In this document: one piece after another, positions 1-11,500 of the stretch
How positions within the stretch are numbered: position 1 is the stretch's first letter
Layout: each line of letters starts with the position of its first letter
NCBI GenBank assembly: GCA_963666975.2
Contig: CAXVYR010000004.1
Location: 640,001 to 704,000 of the forward strand
Origin: Terriglobia bacterium
GTDB lineage: Bacteria > Acidobacteriota > Terriglobia > 2-12-FULL-54-10
Direction of reading: 5' to 3'
DNA: 64,000 bases
Program-made: the position numbers and the translations under genes
Notes under the pieces: model-generated
What the model saw: only the letters and a program-made list of their open reading frames with translations
Databases searched by the model: none
What the model was told of the DNA's origin: nothing

Positions 1-457
1 CACAGAAATCGACAGGAAAACAGAACGCTTACGCCTTCTCTCATTTGAGACCTTGCAGAAAACCCACGATGAGGGATTGGGCACACCAAAATAGGCGCAG
101 ATATCCTTCCATAGCAGGCCCTCACCGGCCCCGTCTGATGCCTGCTAAAAGTTCTCTGCCGAAATTTTATGAACGAACGCCGAGAGGTGGATAGCCTCTT
201 GGCCGGAAAAGCAGACGCTGGGCACACGCACGGAATCAGCATCTACTCAAGGACTGCTGGTGACCCGCCGCGCAAGCACCTCGTTCAGGGCGCTACAGGA
301 ATCGAACAGTAGCAAAACTCCGGAAACGAAAAAAATTGATTTGTTGCGTGTTCTAGGTTTGCCATACGAGCCTCTGGCAGCTTCCAATCCGAAGCTGGAA
401 AGATTCCTATACGGCCAAGACATCGTTGCCTGTTTCTCTTGCCCTTGCGATTTTGTC

Positions 458-661
458 CTAGAGATTGTGCTCGGCGAAATTGAGGACAATCAGGTGGTCT
501 CCGCACACAGATCCTTTGTAGGGCGCTATGGCTGCAAAGAAATCTATATTTCCGAGTACCGGGAGATTCTCGTCCCTCGGCAAAATGAGCGAGGCAACAT
601 CCTGGGAGTGCAGGAGTTCCTCTGCCAGAGCTCCCTGTGGCCAGTCCTGAATGTTAGTCAA
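458..661 (-). pseudogene. Possible N-terminal remnant of a SpoIIE/PP2C-type phosphatase
   Basis: 'LILPRDENLPVLGNIDFFAAIAPYKGSVCGDHLIVLNF' resembles the start of SpoIIE domains (P..G.D.....P..G..GGD); stops after 67 aa. Recognition from memory only. Confidence 0.3.
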
Positions 662-1770
662 ACTGATTTTCCCATCCTCTCCATCCGTATGCCGAGCGTG
701 TGCTCCAATCGACGCAATTCCGGTCGCTGGTCCGTTGTGAAGAGGGTCGAAGCCACACCGTGTTCTCCTGCACGACCGGTGCGCCCTATGCGATGGATGA
801 AAGTCTCGGCGACCTCAGGCAGTTCGTAATTAATGACGTGGGCGATGTCCTGGACATGGATCCCGCGAGAAGCCAAGTCAGTAGCAACCAGGACTCGGTA
901 GCGTCCTTGCTGGAAACCGGTCAACGCCGCGGTTCTCTGGGATTGCGAGCGGTCGCCATGGATCAAGGCAGCCGCAAACCCTTCCCGATTCAGATTTTTT
1001 GCCAGCCGCTCGGTGCCGCGCTTGGTCCGTGCGAATACGAGGCAGCGACCGGTCTCGCTGGCGATGAGCCGGCACAGTAATTTCTGCTTGCTATCGTGGG
1101 CGACTTCAAATGCCCGGACGCGCACATTCTCCGACGGCTTCAGCGTCGAACCGAACGCGAGACGCACGGGCTTTCTCATATAGTCATTCACGATGCGTGC
1201 CACGGAGGCCTCTAAGGTTGCAGAAAAACAAAGCGTCTGGCGGTCTTTCGGCAGGACGGAAAGTATCCGCCGAATCGCAGGAAGGAATCCCATGTCCAGC
1301 ATGCGATCCGCTTCGTCGAGCACCAGCATTCGCGCGCCGCGGAGGTGGATGAGTTTACGTTTGAGAAAATCTTCCAAGCGGCCCGGAGTGGCGACCACCA
1401 GGCGAGCGCCGGCGCGTATCGCCGCGAGTTGTTGTCTTTCGGACAACCCACCGATCACCAGGGCGCCCGGCAATAGTTTTTTGCCCCGCAAGGCGGTGTA
1501 CTGATCCATGACCTGCATGGCGAGTTCGCGGGTGGGAACGAGCACAAGCGCCGCGATGCCAGGCGCATTCTGCTGCAGCAGTTGTTGGATGATTGGAATG
1601 AGGAACGCTAGCGTCTTTCCCGTCCCGGTCTGAGCGGTAGCGAGCACATCCTTGCCTGCGAGCGCCTGGGGAATCGCCGCGGCCTGCACCGCAGTCGGCG
1701 TCGAAAACCCAGCCAAAGAAAGTTGTTCCCTCGTGTAAGGGAGAATCGGAAGATCGGAAAACTTCTGCAC
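658..1770 (-). CDS. DEAD-box ATP-dependent RNA helicase (RhlE-like)
   Basis: Q motif GFSTPTAVQ, AQTGTGKT, PTRELA, DEAD, SAT, HRIGRTGRAG. GTG start at 1770 chosen because AAGGA lies just upstream. Confidence 0.95.
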   Translation of the reverse strand: MQKFSDLPILPYTREQLSLAGFSTPTAVQAAAIPQALAGKDVLATAQTGTGKTLAFLIPIIQQLLQQNAPGIAALVLVPTRELAMQVMDQYTALRGKKLLPGALVIGGLSERQQLAAIRAGARLVVATPGRLEDFLKRKLIHLRGARMLVLDEADRMLDMGFLPAIRRILSVLPKDRQTLCFSATLEASVARIVNDYMRKPVRLAFGSTLKPSENVRVRAFEVAHDSKQKLLCRLIASETGRCLVFARTKRGTERLAKNLNREGFAAALIHGDRSQSQRTAALTGFQQGRYRVLVATDLASRGIHVQDIAHVINYELPEVAETFIHRIGRTGRAGEHGVASTLFTTDQRPELRRLEHTLGIRMERMGKSV

Positions 1771-1994
1771 TGGTCTTGTCCTTTTACTGGCCTCGGCTTT
1801 CCTGCGTGCGCGCACGATAGCGGAGCGAGCACAACCATGTGCTTTGCCAGTGTTGTTAAATTACGCTGAATGCAAACGGAGAGGAAAAAACGGAATTTCT
1901 CAGGCTGGGTACTTCACCGGAGCAACCGCACGACACACCGCGGAATAAAGCGCAAACTCAGTTTACCACATCTGCGTTCCGTGAAGCGTATTTG

Positions 1995-2339
1995 CTACCA
2001 GCGCGGTTCGCGCGGCTGGCGCGCGGACCCGCTGTAATCATCACGGGAGAATCCCTCGCGACCTCCGTCATCGCGGCGCGGGGCACTGCGCTCCGGCTTG
2101 GGTCGGGCCTCGTTCACGTTCAAGGCTCGCCCTCCCACCTCTTTCCCATTCAACGCTGCGATGGCCTTGGTCGCTTCCTCGTCATTGGGCATTTCCACAA
2201 AGGCAAAACCGCGCGCCCGGCCTGTATCCCGGTCTGTGATAATCCGAAGTCGCGTGATCTGGCCAAGAGGTTCAAACATCGACCTCAGTTGATCCTCAGT
2301 GGTTTGAAAACTCATGTTGCCAACAAACAGATTCTTCAT
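1995..2339 (-). CDS. RRM (RNP-1) RNA-binding protein, 114 aa
   Basis: RNP2 'LFVGNM', RNP1 'RGFAFVEM', 'LNVNEARP' and an R/G-rich tail; AGGAG RBS upstream of ATG 2339. Confidence 0.93.
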   Translation of the reverse strand: MKNLFVGNMSFQTTEDQLRSMFEPLGQITRLRIITDRDTGRARGFAFVEMPNDEEATKAIAALNGKEVGGRALNVNEARPKPERSAPRRDDGGREGFSRDDYSGSARQPREPRW

Positions 2340-2714
2340 TTTCTCGTATCTCCTTTCAAGCCCGTGCGTTGCTTTTGGCCCAATATAACGAGGAGTTGCC
2401 CGAAGCTTTCTTCGTTCAAAGGCTTTTGCAACAGTTCGTCGAGCCTCTGGTCTTGTACGGCGTTCATATGGTCTCTTTCTGGAGTTTTGAAAACTTGTAT
2501 TGCCGACAAACGCATTGTTCATCTTCATTTCCCTGGAGTTGCCGCACCCTGCTACGGAGCCGTCTGGCTGCCGACCATCAACGAGCTGTTTTCGGCGCGG
2601 GCATTTCGAACTTGCCGAGCCAATCGTGTGGGGTGCTTTCACAACAAGCCGAGTATTCAAATCCCCCCAAGGACATCCGCGCAGCGATCGGGAATGCCCG
2701 GAAGGAAACGGTGG

Positions 2715-3050
2715 TTACCCACGGTGTATCACGCCAGCCTTCGTTGGCGGGGTCCATTTTCGCTCTTTGGGCGGATAGTGCCTTTCCAAGTATTGCAGAA
2801 TATCCGGATCGCCAATCCTCATGTGGGCTTCAGCGTGCGATGCCTCAGTTTCCCTGCCCAGTTCCTGCTCTAACCGCTCAAGGGTGATGAGTGGTCCATC
2901 CTGGAATTTCAAGGGGGTCGCTTGAAAAGACTCCAATGGAACCTCGACGCTGAATTTGCGAGACTCTCCGGGCGCGTCGATCACCTGGAAGTTATAAGTA
3001 CGCAAAGTAGTCGATACGGTGAAACCTTCGGACTGTATTAGGGTTTTCAT
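2715..3050 (-). CDS. Hypothetical protein, 111 aa
   Basis: ATG preceded by AAAGGA; co-oriented with the RRM and helicase genes; protein-like composition. Confidence 0.7.
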   Translation of the reverse strand: MKTLIQSEGFTVSTTLRTYNFQVIDAPGESRKFSVEVPLESFQATPLKFQDGPLITLERLEQELGRETEASHAEAHMRIGDPDILQYLERHYPPKERKWTPPTKAGVIHRG

Positions 3051-3098
3051 GCTGCGTCCTTTCTCGGCCCTTTGAGCGTTGATTATTCGGATCCTCCA

Positions 3099-4257
3099 TT
3101 AGCAGTTTGTTGAAAAATTCACCTTCCGAGATACTTTTCTGGGATAAGAAGCGTCGATCAGATGAACACGCCTCGAATCACAGGAGGCCCCCTGCGCGGA
3201 GAAGACTCGAAACAGGAAGCGATGTTCCGCTACGTGTCGCCGGAACAGCGAGTGCCGAGAGATCATCCCCTGCGACCGATCCGGGAGATGGTGGACACGA
3301 TCTGGCAACAGATGTCGCCGCGGTTTGCCCGGCTGTATGCCCAGCGGGGGCGGCCTTCGATCGCTCCCGAGAGGTTGCTGCGCGTCTTGCTGTTGCAGAT
3401 CTTCTACTCGCTGCGCAGCGAACGCCTGCTGATGGAGCCATTGCACTACAACCTGCTGTTCCGCTGGTTCGTGGGCATGGAGAGGGACGAGCAGGTATGG
3501 AACCACGCGGTGTTCAGCAAGAACCGGGAACGGCTGCTGAACGAGCAGATTGCCCAGGCCTTCTTCCAGCGGGTGCTGCGGCAAGCCCAACCGTATCTGT
3601 CGGACGAACACTTCACGGTGGACGGGACGCTGCTCGAGGCGTGGGCCAGCCAGAAGAGTTTCCGGCGCAAGGACGAGGGAGAACGGCCTCAGGGCACGCC
3701 TCGCGAAGCAGATTTTCATGGCGAGCAGCGGAGCAATCAAACGCATCCATCCACCACCGACCCCGAGGCCCGGCTGAGCTACCTGGGACACGTGCTGATG
3801 GAGAACCGCAACGGGCTGCTGGTGCAGACGATGCTGACGCAGGCCGATGGGACAGCGGAACGGGATGCAGCCTTGCTGATGGCGTCGAAGATTCCTGGAA
3901 CCCGGCGCCTCACCCTGGGAGCGGACAACAACTATGACACGCGCGAGTTCGTCGGCACGGCGCGGGAGAGGAAGATCATTGGCCTGCTGAGGAAAGTGAA
4001 GTGGCGAGGCCGGGAGAAAGTGGGTTGGTGGTTCACCTTCGTCGGGGCGGCCTACAACTTGGTTCGGTTGCGACGACTGCGGGCGGAGGCGGTGGCATGA
4101 CCGCCCAGCTGCAAAGGCGCTCCGAAAGTCCCCAGCGGGACCTAGGGTAGACCTCTGATCTCTGGCCGGAAACCCCTTTACCCTTGTTTTAACTCGATCC
4201 GAAACGAAAATAGAAACGGAAATCATCACAAACTCGGATTTTTCAACAAACTGCTAG
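3099..4257 (+). mobile_element. IS5-family insertion sequence, internally deleted
   Basis: 19-bp inverted repeat tagcagtttgttgaaaaat at 3100-3118 and 4238-4256; ends ttag/ctag (YTAG target type); encloses a transposase. Confidence 0.88.
3192..4100 (+). pseudogene. IS5-family transposase, degenerate
   Basis: 'RVPRDHPLRPIR', 'HFTVDGTL', 'TTDPEARL', 'TLGAD'. CTG stands where the start is expected after AGGAGG, and the C-terminal catalytic-Glu segment is missing. Confidence 0.8.
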
Positions 4258-4476
4258 TCGCACAGTGCCTGCATCACGGCAGACCGGCAAAGTAACTGAG
4301 AAATACCTCGGATGCAAGCAGCGCCTTAACGGAGCAATCAACGACCACATCGGACATCGAGCTGCCATAGGAATGAGTTTACTTTTCTACTACTTCTGGC
4401 CGGTCTCCGGTCAATCCGGCAAGCTTTTTGTTTCCTGGGCCTTCCATAAAATTTACACAGGATAATTTTGGCAGGC

Positions 4477-4632
4477 TCAGTCGGGCCCCCGATTACCTGC
4501 CAACGTTTCCGCTCCATCCCGCGACGAACGCTCGGTCTGGTCAAGGGTATGGGGACGGTTGAATGTAATGCGCGCAACGCTATCGATTTCTTGATACAGA
4601 AAGCAGTTATGTTGTTTTGTGTCCTGTTGCAT
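4477..4632 (-). pseudogene. Enoyl-CoA hydratase N-terminal fragment
   Basis: 'FLYQEIDSVARITFNRPHTLD' is a crotonase N-terminal motif; similarity is lost after about 32 aa. Confidence 0.55.
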
Positions 4633-4754
4633 CTTTTTCTTCCTCATCGGTAAACGGCCAACCGTTGGGCGGCGATCCGCCCTCCACGGCAACCGAGCAG
4701 CCCTCCGCCGGTCACGATAATTCCACAGGTCGGAGCATTTCTGGCGAGTTTCCT

Positions 4755-5531
4755 TCAGGACATCACCTGCCCACCGGAAACGTCAATGGCCTGACCTGTG
4801 ATCCCCCGCGCCTGCTCGCAGGCCAGCCACACAACCGTAAATGCGATCTCTCCCGGTTCAAGGATACGCTTCTGGGGACTGTCGCCGGCCAAATATTCCC
4901 GGGCCTTTTCGGCGGTGACTTTCGTCTTGGCGCTGATGGTCGAAACAGCCTTCTCCACTATATCGGTCTCGACCCACCCGGGACACACGGCGTTGACCGT
5001 AATGCCGGAGGTTGCCGTCTCCAGAGCCATGGAGCGCGTCAAGCCCAGCACTCCGTGTTTGGCCGCTGCATACGCCCCGGCGTAGCGGAACCCCATCTGG
5101 GCGGCGGTCGATGCGATGTTGATGATTCTCCCGGATTTCTGCGGCAGAATCCATTGCAGCGCCTGCTGGGAACACAGGAAAGTGCCGGTTAGGTTGACGG
5201 CGAGTATCCGCTCCCAGGTTTCGAGACTCACGCGGGCGAGCAGATCGCTGTGGCTCTGTCCGGCGTTGTTGACCAGTATGTCCAGCCGCTCCCAGCTCTG
5301 CCGCGTCTTAGTAAATAGTCCCTTGACCGAGTCAGGGTCGGTGACGTCGCAGCAAACGGCCAGAGACTCCCGCCCGGTCGCCCGGATTTTTCCGGCGACC
5401 CTTTCCAGGTGGGCGGCGGTCCTCCCTGCAACAGCCACGGAGCAGCCCTCCGCAGCGAGCGCTAAGGCAATGGCCTCTCCTATTCCTCTCCCCCCGCCGG
5501 TTACGATAGCGGTCTTCCCTTGGAGCCGCAT
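4755..5531 (-). CDS. SDR family NAD(P)-dependent oxidoreductase, 258 aa
   Basis: TGGGRGIG, NNAG, YAAAK, VNAVCPG; ATG 5531 with AGGAGG. Confidence 0.93.
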   Translation of the reverse strand: MRLQGKTAIVTGGGRGIGEAIALALAAEGCSVAVAGRTAAHLERVAGKIRATGRESLAVCCDVTDPDSVKGLFTKTRQSWERLDILVNNAGQSHSDLLARVSLETWERILAVNLTGTFLCSQQALQWILPQKSGRIINIASTAAQMGFRYAGAYAAAKHGVLGLTRSMALETATSGITVNAVCPGWVETDIVEKAVSTISAKTKVTAEKAREYLAGDSPQKRILEPGEIAFTVVWLACEQARGITGQAIDVSGGQVMS

Positions 5532-5590
5532 CTGTACCTCCTTGACCTTGCCTTCACCTCGGATTCGATGGCTGCCGGCAGGGCCATCGT

Positions 5591-5850
5591 TCATTCGTTG
5601 TAGATCTGCACCTTGGTCATGCACATGGCGAATGTCGTCCCGGCGGCCAACTTCCGGGCCCAGGCGAGCGATTCCTGCCGAACTCCGTTGCCTTGACGAC
5701 ACGGTTGACCAGGACGATCTGCTCGGCGCGCTCCGCCCGGAACGGCTCTCCCGGATAGAGCAACTCCACGGCTCGTGAGGCTCCCACGATGTGCGGCAAC
5801 AAGTAGGCGACGCACATATCCGCTCCGGTCAATCCGGCCTTAGTTGAACA
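5591..5850 (-). pseudogene. Enoyl-CoA hydratase C-terminal fragment, frameshifted
   Basis: 'KAGLTGADMCVAYLLPHIVGASRAVELLYPGEPFRAERAEQIVLVNRVV' continues in another frame as 'ARKLAAGTTFAMCMTK'; no N-terminus. Confidence 0.7.
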
Positions 5851-6381
5851 GGAAAGCAATCTCGCTGCCCTCTGCAACGATAAGGATGGGCATCGAAAAT
5901 GATCGAAGCCAACAAGGACCACGCAGGAGAGACGAGACATCTGCAACGAAACGGTCCGCCTGAACGCACACAGGAATATAGCTTAATCCTCGTTTTTGGT
6001 CGAGTCGTAATGTAATTTTTAACGGTTTTGTTTGTTACCTCCCTTCAGCGCCCATCCCACCTTCGGGACAACCTGCCGAGTAGGAGGAGCAATCGGCTAC
6101 TAGCAGATTAGGTATCTCAGCAGGAGTGAGGTTTCCTCGGCAGCAGTTCTCAACGGGCATACTGGTTGAGGCGGCTATCCAACAGATTGGGTCAGATTCG
6201 TTTGGTTCGCAGAGGAAACAATTTGGGCAGCTTTTGTAATGGCGCGAATTTAAACATCTCGGGTGAAATTGCCTCATGGCGGCGACGGCGCCTTTCACCA
6301 TGCGAAAGGGAACCTGAGGGGTCCCGCTACGATCGTAAACTCAAGGTCGGGAGAAAATCCAGAGATAGAGGAGCGCATAGA

Positions 6382-6681
6382 ATGCACAATAAGCTGGAGT
6401 TCATTGATCCGCCGGAATTGGGTAAGCATCCCGGCTACAGTAATGGAATCAAGACAAAATCGGCCAGTCTGCTCTTCGTAGCTGGTCAAGTGGCTTGGGA
6501 TGAAGCCAACAAGATTGTCAGTTCCGAGTTTGTTGGGCAATTTGACCAGGCGTTGTCCAACGTACTTACGGTGGTACAGCAGGCGGGTGGCAAGCCGGAG
6601 GACATTGTCCGCTTGACGATTTATGTGCTGGCCTGCTCGCATTCCACGATACAGGTGCCGGTGTGGCTGTCGAATGGATAG
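6382..6681 (+). pseudogene. RidA/YjgF family protein, C-terminally truncated near 6630
   Basis: 'GYSNG', 'LLFVAGQVAWD', 'DIVRLTIYV'; the second half is absent and the frame runs into the antisense of the next gene. Confidence 0.8.
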
Positions 6682-7247
6682 CAGTGCGCCTGGAACAATC
6701 CGTGCTCGTTCTCACAAAACAGGAACGTAAAGGCGTCAAACACCTTATCGGTTCCGAGCCAGATGAACTTGGCGTTTTCTACCGTCACACTCGGCTGGAA
6801 GATGGACTCGTAGGTCTTCCGCACAATGCTGTTGACACCATCGGCGGCGATGATCAGATCATAGTCGCAGAATTCCGACAGGTCGCTCACCTCAACCCCA
6901 AACTTCATCCGGACGCCCGCTTCGCGGCAGTGCTTCTGCAAGATGTTGAGCAGCAGTTTCCGCGAGATGCCGGCGAAGACGTGGCCTCCAGAACGGATGG
7001 TGTGATCGTGGTATTGCACGTCAATGGCATCCCACCTGACGAAGTGTTTCATGATGTCCTGGTAGGTCTCCGAATCAACCTCCTGGAAAGTAGCCAGCGT
7101 CCGTTCGGAAAAAACCACTCCCCAGCCGTAGGTCGCATCGGGCGGATTGCGCTCCAGGAGTGTGATATCGTGGGTTGGGTCCGCCTTCTTCAGCAGAAAT
7201 CCGCTGTATAATCCTCCCGGTCCTCCCCCGATGATGAGAATCTTCAC
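6621..7247 (-). pseudogene. FAD-dependent monooxygenase (salicylyl-CoA/anthraniloyl-CoA monooxygenase-like), N-terminal fragment
   Basis: 'MKILIIGGGPGGLY', 'TYGWGVVFS', 'DLIIAADGVNS', 'FIWLGT', 'AHCYPF..TCIVEC'; ends abruptly at 208 aa. Confidence 0.85.
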
Positions 7248-7292
7248 GGCATGCGTCTCCCAAACTCTCCAGATGCGTGATGCGTATTCCCC

Positions 7293-7865
7293 CTAGCCAA
7301 CGGCCTCGGCTAGGCGGGCGAGTTGAGTGATGTTGCCCACAGTGGGGAACAAAAGCAGTTCGTCGCAACCTGCTTCTTGATAGCCTTGGATGAACTCGGC
7401 AACGGCTTGCGGGGTAGTGAGCAGGCTGGCGGTGATTCTATCGGCGAACGGTCCTGCGAAAAAATAGTAGTCCTTCATGTAACGGATACCTGCCTCCACC
7501 GCATCTTCGCCGAGCGCATAGTAACCCATTCCCCACAGTAGCAGCTTATCCGGGCGTCCCGCATCGAACCAGGCGGCTCGAGCTTTTTCAGCGGCGCGGG
7601 CGAAAACCCGTGGTGGTCCGCCCCCGTGCAGGTAGCCATTCGCGTAGCGGGCCATGCGGGCAAAAACCGGCTCGCTCGTCCCGCCTACCAGCAGTTCCGG
7701 GCCGCCGGGACGGGCCGGCTTGGGCCCCAAGGTATCCTCCTCCCAGTACGAGCGCAGGGCGCCCAGTTGCTCCGACAGCCGCCTGCCCCGAGATCGGTAC
7801 TCGACTCCCGCCACCTTGTAGTCGGCCTCCCGAGCCCCCACGGCCATGCCCAAGACCAGCCGGAT
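7293..7865 (-). pseudogene. LLM-class (luciferase-like) flavin-dependent oxidoreductase lacking its N-terminus
   Basis: 'RLVLGMAVGAREADY', 'GPKPARPGGPELLVGG', 'YQEAGCDEL'; sequence upstream of about 7865 is unrelated. Confidence 0.75.
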
Positions 7866-8411
7866 AGTTAGGTGCTTCCGCCATCCAGTGTTGTTAGGCT
7901 GCGAGAGACATTCGCTTATTGCTGGCAGCAACTGAGATTGTGGAGGAAACGAACACCAATATGAACTTTTCCCAACAGCGGGAATTCCTTTTTCGATACC
8001 TCTCCAATCATCGTAAGACCCCTTTTGGCATGTACTCAGCATGCTTAATTGTTGGAGGTTGTGCGTTTTCGCCGTTGCCGGATCGAAAGGAAATCATTTC
8101 TGCGCGGCCACCACTGGAGCCCAAGTCAAGACACTGCTCAGCCACTACCGAGGGCTAGGCCTGGCGGAACAAACTGAAGAGAATTTAATTGAGGTCCGCG
8201 AATTCTGCTATTCGCTCTCTTTTGTTCCTGGTGGGCCGCAACAGCAATGCAAGAACTCCCCCAAGCCTGATATTCCCAATTATCACTATATTACCACTCG
8301 GCGATCCGTGACTATTTTCCGAGTTTGTTACCAACGTGTTTAGGGATTATGGTGGAATTACTTCTCGGATGGACTCCCTGAAAAAATGAGGGAAGCCCAC
8401 CAGAATAAAGC

Positions 8412-8441
8412 TTGACAACCAGATTAGGAAAAGCATAGTGT
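8412..8441 (+). promoter_or_regulatory. Putative sigma70 promoter for the receptor-amidohydrolase locus
   Basis: TTGACA at 8412-8417, 18-bp spacer, TAGTGT at 8436-8441; about 110 bp upstream of ATG 8554. Confidence 0.5.
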
Positions 8442-8553
8442 TAACCACATATTGTGGACGTTTTACAAGATAATTCAAACTGCATCGTTCCTGAAGGCAA
8501 GGGAGAAAGCACTTGTCAGCCGAGCGATCCGTAACCGCAAACAGGAGGAAGTT

Positions 8554-11500
8554 ATGTCAGTGAGAAGGCTTTGGTCGGTGGTATTGGTGTGTGCGTTTTT
8601 CATCGGTGGAATCACTTGGGCTCAGGTGACCACTGGGACGATCTCGGGAACCGTAACCGACTCTACCGGAGCGGTGATTCCCGGAGCCACCATCACATTG
8701 AGGAACGTGGAGACGGGGATTACCCGCACAATCTCCACCGATGCGGCGGGCCGTTACACGGCTCAGCAGTTGGGGCTGGGCGGCTACGAAGTCACGGCGG
8801 GGTCGGCGGGCTTTCAAACTTTGATCCGGAGCGGCATTGAGATGACCGTGGGCCGGCAAGCGGTGTTGGATTTCGCCTTGCAAGTGGGAGCGGTGGCTGA
8901 GTCGGTGACGGTGACCGGGGAAGCTCCGTTGCTGGAGACCACCAACTCAACGGTGGCCGACCTGGTCACTGAGAAACAGATGCGGGATCTGCCGCTGAAC
9001 GGCCGCAGCTTTACGAATTTAGTGGCCATCCAGCCGGGTGTGGTTACAGATCTCGGGATTCCTCAGGGGGTATTCCAAGGTGGAGGCAGGATGTCACTGA
9101 ACGGTGCTCGCCCGCAGCAAAGCTTATACCTGCTGGACGGAACCGATATTGTGGCTCCCTATTCGAATGTGGCTCCTGTCAGCGTATTGTTCCAGGCGCT
9201 GGGAGTGGACACCATTCGGGAATTCTCCGTTTTGCAAAACAACTACGGAGCCCAGTATGGCCGCGCCGTCGGCGGCATCATGAGTGCCGTCACCCGTTCG
9301 GGCACCAACCAGATACACGGCAGCCTGTTTGAGTTTATGCGGAATGAGAAGCTGGACGCCAAGAACTTTTTTGATTCGGGCGAAGATTCGATCCCGCCCT
9401 TCAAGCGAAACCAGTTTGGGGGAACGATTGGGGGACCGATTGTGCAGGACAACACCTTTTTCTTCTTCTCCTACGAAGGTCTGCGGCAGGTCCTGGGAAC
9501 GACGGATTTCGGCACCGTATTCAGCGACGAGACGCGGCTAGGGGTGATCACAGGTTGTCCCCCAGGGCAGTCGAGTTGCACGGAAGAAGAGCGCATTGTG
9601 GCAGACACAGTAACAGTGAATCCTGACATCCAGCCTCTCATCGCCATCGCCCCGCGAGGTAACGGCCGCTATCTGAACGATGGAATTCAGGAATTCTTCG
9701 GCAGCCGGTCGCAGCGGGGCCGGGAGAGTTACTACATGTTCCGCATTGATCAGCGGATCAGCGACAACGACAGTTTGTTTGGCCGGTGGACGGGCGATCA
9801 CAGCAGCAAGGAACTTACCGATGCCCAGTTCTTCGCGGACGGTAGCGGCAGACACACCAGCACCGACGACGACGGTTTCTATGGCTTCTTGACAGTGGAA
9901 TGGACACGAATCCTGTCGCCTACGGTCATCAATATTGCGCGGGCAGGGTTTGCTCGAAACAACAACCGCCAGTGCATGTGCATTGATGGGACTGAGATTG
10001 GTGTGAACGAAATAAGTCACCCCGACTATCCCGTTGGCATGATCCCGGCGCAGTTGCAAATCATCCCCGGAATCCCGTTCGGAGGGCCGTGGGGGATGCC
10101 GGGTGTTGACATTCCTGGCGGGCACAATGGTATTGGCCGTCATACCGAAGGTGCGGACTTGGACGATCCCTTACATTACGTTGACAACACCTTCAGCTTT
10201 GCGAACTCTGTCCGCATTGCAAAGGCCGGGCACTCGGTGGACATCGGCGTGGACGTGAGGCGCTATCAAGAGAACGCGCTGCAATCGGTATGGGGCAAGG
10301 GAGGCACCAACTTCCGTTCCCCCATGCGGAACTTCTTGACCGCCGGCAGACCCGATCTTTGCCTGGAAGGGGGTGAGAGTTCCCGCAACTGCCGTGGGCT
10401 TAACACGCTCACTACGACAGGGATAACCGGACCGCCCGATTCATATCGCGGATTCAGGCAGACCTACTATGCCATGTTCTTTCAGGACGACTACCAAATC
10501 CGGCCGAACCTGACCTTGAACTTTGGGATCCGGTGGGAGTCAATTACGGGGCCTACAGAAGTCAACCAAAAGGTGGCGACCATCCTGGACGTATTGAACG
10601 ATGCGGATTGGACCCAGTTGGGGGACAAACCCTTGTTTGAGCTGCGCGATGGGTTGAAGGGTTTTTCTCCGCGATTCGGCTTTGCTTACAGCCCGGATCA
10701 AAGCACCTCCATCCGCGGTGGTTTTGGAACGTTCCGGGAGATGCCGTTGTTGTACTCGTACCAGTTAGCTGTTTTTTACCCCCCGTTTTCGGATCGGCTA
10801 CAGATACGGTCATTCCCACTTGATGCGTGGCCGAACCCCTTGGCTGGCATTGATCCGGCCGGAGCCCGGCGGCAGCCGCTGACGGTCAACCACGACTACA
10901 AATACCCGTACAGCATGCAATGGAACTTGCAGATTGAGCGGCAGATTGGGCAGACATGGGTAGCCAAGGCCGGCTATGTGGGGACCCGTGGGATCAGTCT
11001 CATATCGATCAATAACCTGCTTCAGCCAGCCCAAGAACTAGATGACCAGGGTGTGCCGTTCACACCTCGCAACGCACCTTCCCCCAATCCGGCCATCTTC
11101 TCGACTCGTAGTTACGGCAATTTTGGGGATTCCTGGTACAACGCGCTGCAACTGCGTCTCAAAAAGCGCTTCAGCCATGGAATAGATTTCAATTTTGGTT
11201 ATACCTGGTCGAAGAACATCGGCGATACGGGAATCGGCCTGAAGGGCGCAGAAACCCCGGGAGGAGACAGTCAGCAAGTCGGCTCCTTATGGGACTGGAA
11301 GATACTTGACAGGGGACTGGTCGCCCAGGACACTCGTCACAACTTCACGTTCAACTTCAGCTACGACGTCCCAATCGGGCCGGGGCGCTTCTTTGGCGGT
11401 AACATGGGCAGTGTCGCGAATACCATCCTCGGTGGCTGGCAGCTCAATAGTATCTTCAAAGCGCGATCAGGGTTACCGATGACCATTTCTGGAGGCGGCT

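Noticed and set aside
1992-2887. Long plus-strand ORFs (293 aa, 172 aa) and similar shadows such as 3099-4229, 19336-20187 and 21891-23039
   Set aside because: Antisense to well-supported genes in GC-rich DNA; no motifs.
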